26,214 nucleotides of DNA from a virus (lineage: Duplodnaviria > Caudoviricetes): positions 1-26,214 of the IMG/VR virus record IMGVR_UViG_3300032233_000764; one strand, 5' to 3'. Position 1 is the first letter of the stretch; each line of letters starts with the position of its first letter. Of this stretch, positions 22,772 through 26,214 are shown in pieces. The position numbers and the translations under genes were made by a program. The notes beneath the pieces are model-generated. The model was not told where the DNA came from and did not search any database. It saw nothing but the letters and a program-made list of their open reading frames with translations.

Positions 22772-23487
22772 ATGAATCCGTCCATTCCTACACCGAAGTT
22801 GCTAGGACCAAAGACATTGCCGCTGGTGTCTGAGAAATAGAAAGGGGTTGGCTGACCGTATTTGTCGGCTTGTTCACGAAGATGGTCGGCACGGGTGAGG
22901 TAGGCGGTGGCTTGTGCTTGATATTGGGTTGAGATTGACAGGTCGCCAACAGACTTTGAGTAGTCGCCTTGACGGGTATATTTACCTGCGATAGCAACGC
23001 ATCCCTCTGCTCCAGCGGAATAAATGTTGTCCTCCCATTGAGAGAGCAGCCAATTGATTTCCTCATCCATGAGTAATTGATTGCTGGAATCCGTGTCGCC
23101 AATGACAAAACGACAGGCGTCAAGAAGGCGGTTTTCAGGGTTGCCCGTGTACGACCAAGTTGACCCTGTGGTTGACAGGATTTCGACGACAATCATCCCG
23201 TTGTTTGGTGCAGTGAGTGACCGTCCACTTAAAGTTCCAGTGAAAGAGGCAAGGTATTGACCTGCTGGGAGAGTCGCATCGCCTGCTGACCAAGGGTATT
23301 CATAACTTCCCAAGGCGGCGTTGATGGTGGTGCAGGCTCCTGCCGTAATTACTTGGGTACCGTCTGCGGCTTTCCACATGTTGAACACGACGGAAAAACC
23401 CGTCATGTCAATGGCTACACCGTCTAAAAGGAATTGACGGGCGATGATTGGCAGACGGTTGCCGTATTTGATTGTGATATCTGCCAT
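22768..23487 (-). CDS. Head-to-tail adaptor fused to an N-terminal BppU-N-like domain
   Basis: aa 1-105: IKYGNRLP......DG..IDMTG.SV.F.M...G..EY.W...D...G.Y.A.F. aa 110-239: WSYTGNP....D..RF.IGDTD....LL.DEEI.WLL...VGDLSIS. Confidence 0.75.
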   Translation of the reverse strand: MADITIKYGNRLPIIARQFLLDGVAIDMTGFSVVFNMWKAADGTQVITAGACTTINAALGSYEYPWSAGDATLPAGQYLASFTGTLSGRSLTAPNNGMIVVEILSTTGSTWSYTGNPENRLLDACRFVIGDTDSSNQLLMDEEINWLLSQWEDNIYSAGAEGCVAIAGKYTRQGDYSKSVGDLSISTQYQAQATAYLTRADHLREQADKYGQPTPFYFSDTSGNVFGPSNFGVGMDGFI

Positions 23488-23496
23488 TGGATTCTC

Positions 23497-25503
23497 CTAC
23501 GAAACTTTTCCTGCGTTGCCGCCTGTCGTAACGAGGAGTTTAGACCCTCGGGTCGTTACCGAGCCAGCAGAACCAATCGCATCGACGGAGCCAGTGGTCG
23601 TAAAGATTCTGATTCGTTTGAAGCCTTCTGAATATGCCGAGCCGATTCCAACATTGGAAGCGGACCGAGGGACCCTGTGGAGACCCAACACGGTTGCTGT
23701 GCCTGACCCGACCGCTGTTGCTTGGCGGGGAGCCTTATGAAGTTTGGTTGCAGAAGAAGTACCGATTGAGGCGTTGGTGCCGTAACGGAAGGTTTTGATG
23801 AGGCGAACTGTTGTAGCAGCACCTGAGCCGCTGGCTGTAGCGGTTCTAAGCGACTTGTGAACCCCGAGGGTGATGCTGACACCCGTACCAGTATTTGACG
23901 CTGTGCGCTTCCTATTGACCAGCCCAGTGGCTGTATTTGCGGTTGTTGCCTGACCAGCACCTTGGGCGTTGCGATAAATCTTGTGGAGGATTGAGTTGTT
24001 TGAAAAACCAGTACCGCTGCCCGTAGCCGAGCGATAAACCTTGCGAAGTTTGGCTGCATTCGATGTCCCTGTGCCTGAAGCGGTGGCGGAGCGTTTGGGT
24101 GTGCGGCGGATAGCCGTTGTGAATGACGAAGTTCCTGAGCCAGATGCGGTTCTTGGCAAACGGTGCAGTTGAATCGCATTCGATGTTCCAACGCCAGAAG
24201 CGGCTGCCGTTTTTATGACTTTGTGCACATAAACGGCTTGACTGGTTCCCGTTCCTGAAGCAGCAGCGGTCTTAAAAACTTTGTGCAGTGCATTCGCATT
24301 CGATGAACCAGTGCCTGCAGCGGTGGCGGTCTTGAAAACCTTGTGCAGCCCGACCGATATTGAATCTCCTAAACCAGAGGCTGATGTCGTTTTGCGGATT
24401 GTTCGAAGAGTTACAACGCTCGAGTCTGATGTCCCCTGCCCAGTTGCGGTTTTGATTGAACGATGCAACCCAACAGCAGTGCCCTCTGTGGCGGCTTGTC
24501 CAGCGCCTTGGGCATTTCGATAAATCTTGTGCAGGATTGAGTTTGATGATGAACCCAGCCCAGTTGCCGTCCCTTGGCGTTTGTGGGCAAGAAGCGAATC
24601 ATCGGCTTGGCTGCCGACACCCGAACCTGTTCCTGAGCGGAACATGGTTGCTTTGCGAACAACAACTGCTGTTCCTATGCCAAAGCCAGAAGCATTTCGT
24701 TTATTGGTGTGAACAAATACAGTCGTTGAACTTGATGAGCCGTTCGCATTGGCGGTCCGTTTGTTGGTGTGAAGGATTGAAGTGCTAGATGAGCCAAGAC
24801 CCAAGGCTGAGGCAGCCCGTTTATTGGTGTGAACAAAAGTTGAGACTGATGTCCCCGTGCCCGACGCTGTAGCGGTCTTGAAAACTTTGTGAAGTATGGC
24901 TGTGGTGCTTGTGCCTAGACCAGAACCTGTAGCGCTTCTAATGGCTTTGCGTAGACCAACAGCGGTCCCCTCGGTTGCTGCCTGACCTGCACCTTGAGCA
25001 TTGCGATACAACTTGTGCAATATCGAGTTTGATGATGTGCCAGTACCAACCCCAGTACCTGTTCGAAATACCTTATGATTTGTATTCGCATTGGATGTTC
25101 CAGCGCCCGAACCGACGGCAGTTCGGTAACGAAGATTGGTAACCGTAACTGAAGAGGTTCCAGCCCCAGATGCTGATGCAGTTTTGAGAACTTTCCGCAA
25201 CTTAGAAGTCGTTGAAGAACCGACTCCAGAAGCAGTAGCGGTTCTGTTGTTTTTTACAAGCCGAGTAGCGGTTGCCGACCCTGTTCCCGACCCTGTTGCA
25301 GTTTTGGGGACTTTCCGAAGTTGAACGACAACAGCACTTCCAAGACCAGACGCTGTGGCGGTACGCTGCCTTTTAACAAGCCGTGTAACAGAAGAAGAAC
25401 CAGTTCCGCTACCTGAAGCGGTACGGCTATATAGAACACTTACTTGATTGTAAGTTGTGGTTCCCGCTGAGTAGAGAACGCTGGGGTCATTATATGTAGC
25501 CAT
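23497..25503 (-). CDS. 668-aa basic tandem-repeat protein (30 units of 20/22 aa), probable virion fibre
   Basis: Consensus [RK]TA.[AG]SG.G.S....L[HR]K..; 26 aa + 27x20 + 3x22 + 36 aa = 668. Confidence 0.85.
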   Translation of the reverse strand: MATYNDPSVLYSAGTTTYNQVSVLYSRTASGSGTGSSSVTRLVKRQRTATASGLGSAVVVQLRKVPKTATGSGTGSATATRLVKNNRTATASGVGSSTTSKLRKVLKTASASGAGTSSVTVTNLRYRTAVGSGAGTSNANTNHKVFRTGTGVGTGTSSNSILHKLYRNAQGAGQAATEGTAVGLRKAIRSATGSGLGTSTTAILHKVFKTATASGTGTSVSTFVHTNKRAASALGLGSSSTSILHTNKRTANANGSSSSTTVFVHTNKRNASGFGIGTAVVVRKATMFRSGTGSGVGSQADDSLLAHKRQGTATGLGSSSNSILHKIYRNAQGAGQAATEGTAVGLHRSIKTATGQGTSDSSVVTLRTIRKTTSASGLGDSISVGLHKVFKTATAAGTGSSNANALHKVFKTAAASGTGTSQAVYVHKVIKTAAASGVGTSNAIQLHRLPRTASGSGTSSFTTAIRRTPKRSATASGTGTSNAAKLRKVYRSATGSGTGFSNNSILHKIYRNAQGAGQATTANTATGLVNRKRTASNTGTGVSITLGVHKSLRTATASGSGAATTVRLIKTFRYGTNASIGTSSATKLHKAPRQATAVGSGTATVLGLHRVPRSASNVGIGSAYSEGFKRIRIFTTTGSVDAIGSAGSVTTRGSKLLVTTGGNAGKVS

Positions 25504-25615
25504 AGGTTGACCCTGTGTCTAGGATGAGGCGATAGTCAGCATCAATGCAGGAGTCAGCCCATTGCTGAACATGTTGCTCCTCGTTGAGAGCGATTGTGTA
25601 TACAGCGATTTTCAT
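25490..25615 (-). pseudogene. Truncated family-2 glycosyltransferase (41 codons)
   Basis: SD AAGGGA, then MKIAVYTIALNEEQHVQQWADSCIDADYRLILDTGST-YGYI*; classic GT2 N-terminus ending where the next gene starts. Confidence 0.8.
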
Positions 25616-25689
25616 GTGGTTCCCTTACTGTAGAAACTAAGTTTTATTATCCTACAACCGAAGGAGTAAATTCTCATCAAAGAGTTTCC

Positions 25690-26214
25690 TCATGCCCAAC
25701 TTACTGTGCCTGTGCCAGCAGTAAATGTCGTGACTTTATTCGCACCAACGGTTGCAGTTGAACCCGTCAATCCTGCTCCGATGGTTATCGTGTAAGCAGA
25801 AGGATAGCGAAGTATAACAACACCTGAACCACCATTGCCAGCAGTGTTGGAACCACGACTATTTTCGCCTCCTCCGCCTCCTCCTCCGCCAGTATTTACA
25901 GTACCACTAGTTGCGGCTCCACTAAATGAACGATAACCACCAGTGCCTCCACCGCCAGAACCACCTACGCCATAACTGGTAGAACTGTCGCCTCCACCTC
26001 CGCCTCCGCCACGAGTTACGGATGTTCCTGTGACCGAGGAAGCAACACCGTTGCCACCATTTATAGATGTTGGAAGTTGTCCTGCGCCACCACCAGACCC
26101 TCTTGAACCGCTTGTCCATCCTGCATAACCTTGACCAGTTGTGCCCGCACCAACACTTCCAGTGCATGAACCGCCACCAGAACCACCGCTATTTCCTGCG
26201 TCACTAGTTACAGC
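25690..26214 (-). CDS. Glycine-rich fibre/virion protein, 3' part (start outside the window)
   Basis: Open frame ending GGGGGG...GNGGSGVVILRYPSAYTITIGAGLTGSTATVGANKVTTFTAGTGTVSWA*, TGA at 25692-25690. Confidence 0.85.
   Translation of the reverse strand, partial: AVTSDAGNSGGSGGGSCTGSVGAGTTGQGYAGWTSGSRGSGGGAGQLPTSINGGNGVASSVTGTSVTRGGGGGGGDSSTSYGVGGSGGGGTGGYRSFSGAATSGTVNTGGGGGGGGENSRGSNTAGNGGSGVVILRYPSAYTITIGAGLTGSTATVGANKVTTFTAGTGTVSWA

Larger units (their letters stand above)
1..26214 (-). mobile_element. Tailed bacteriophage/prophage genome segment (siphovirus-like, probable actinobacterial host)
   Basis: Co-oriented, tightly packed minus-strand genes in canonical order (head-tail joining, tail tube, frameshifting chaperone, tape measure, tail tip, lysis, replication). 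No sheath gene. WhiB and Rpf-like genes indicate Actinobacteria. Confidence 0.95.

Noticed and set aside
32-25324. All plus-strand ORFs in the track (e.g. 3091-3729, 9225-9728, 10034-10396)
   Set aside because: They lie antisense to well-supported minus-strand genes, lack recognisable motifs, and are often mirror products of low-complexity sequence.
25922-26167. 81-aa Trp/Arg-rich minus-strand ORF
   Set aside because: Alternative-frame reading of GGT/GGC/GGA glycine codons of the real Gly-rich gene.
11731-26214. Diversity-generating retroelement acting on the Gly-rich fibre ends
   Set aside because: No reverse transcriptase in the window and no near-identical TR/VR pair differing at adenines was seen.
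1-26214. tRNA/rRNA genes, integrase/att sites and intrinsic terminators
   Set aside because: No cloverleaf, recombinase motif or convincing hairpin plus U-tract was recognised by eye; dedicated tools would be needed to exclude weak cases.

Overview
The whole window is a segment of a tailed (siphovirus-like) phage or prophage genome with every credible gene on the minus strand. WhiB, Rpf-like and proteasome-beta-like genes point to an actinobacterial host; Acidimicrobiia is an inference from the Thr-rich surface protein. In transcription order (right to left) it holds: a partial Gly-rich fibre gene, a 41-codon glycosyltransferase relic and a 668-aa protein of 30 tandem ~20-aa repeats; head-tail joining genes; an inserted Com-like Zn-ribbon gene, structured leader and secreted Rpf-like gene; two paralogous tail-tube genes, a tail chaperone with a clear -1 frameshift signal, the tape measure and a fused hub/LamG/FN3/Gly-rich tail-tip protein; a lysis/membrane cassette; an HTH-metallophosphoesterase-proteasome-beta trio; recombination/replication genes with intragenic iterons; and an early-type region with repeated promoter-stem-loop-SD cassettes driving a zincin, an HTH-fused amidoligase, a class II GATase and WhiB. 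The most intriguing signals are (i) paired GTGNCC-type hexamers at the 5' ends of three late-gene units near a Com-like gene, (ii) a switch-like leader controlling the Rpf-like gene, and (iii) a possible phage amide-ligation/proteolysis system. All family assignments come from motif recognition by eye; no database searches were run.
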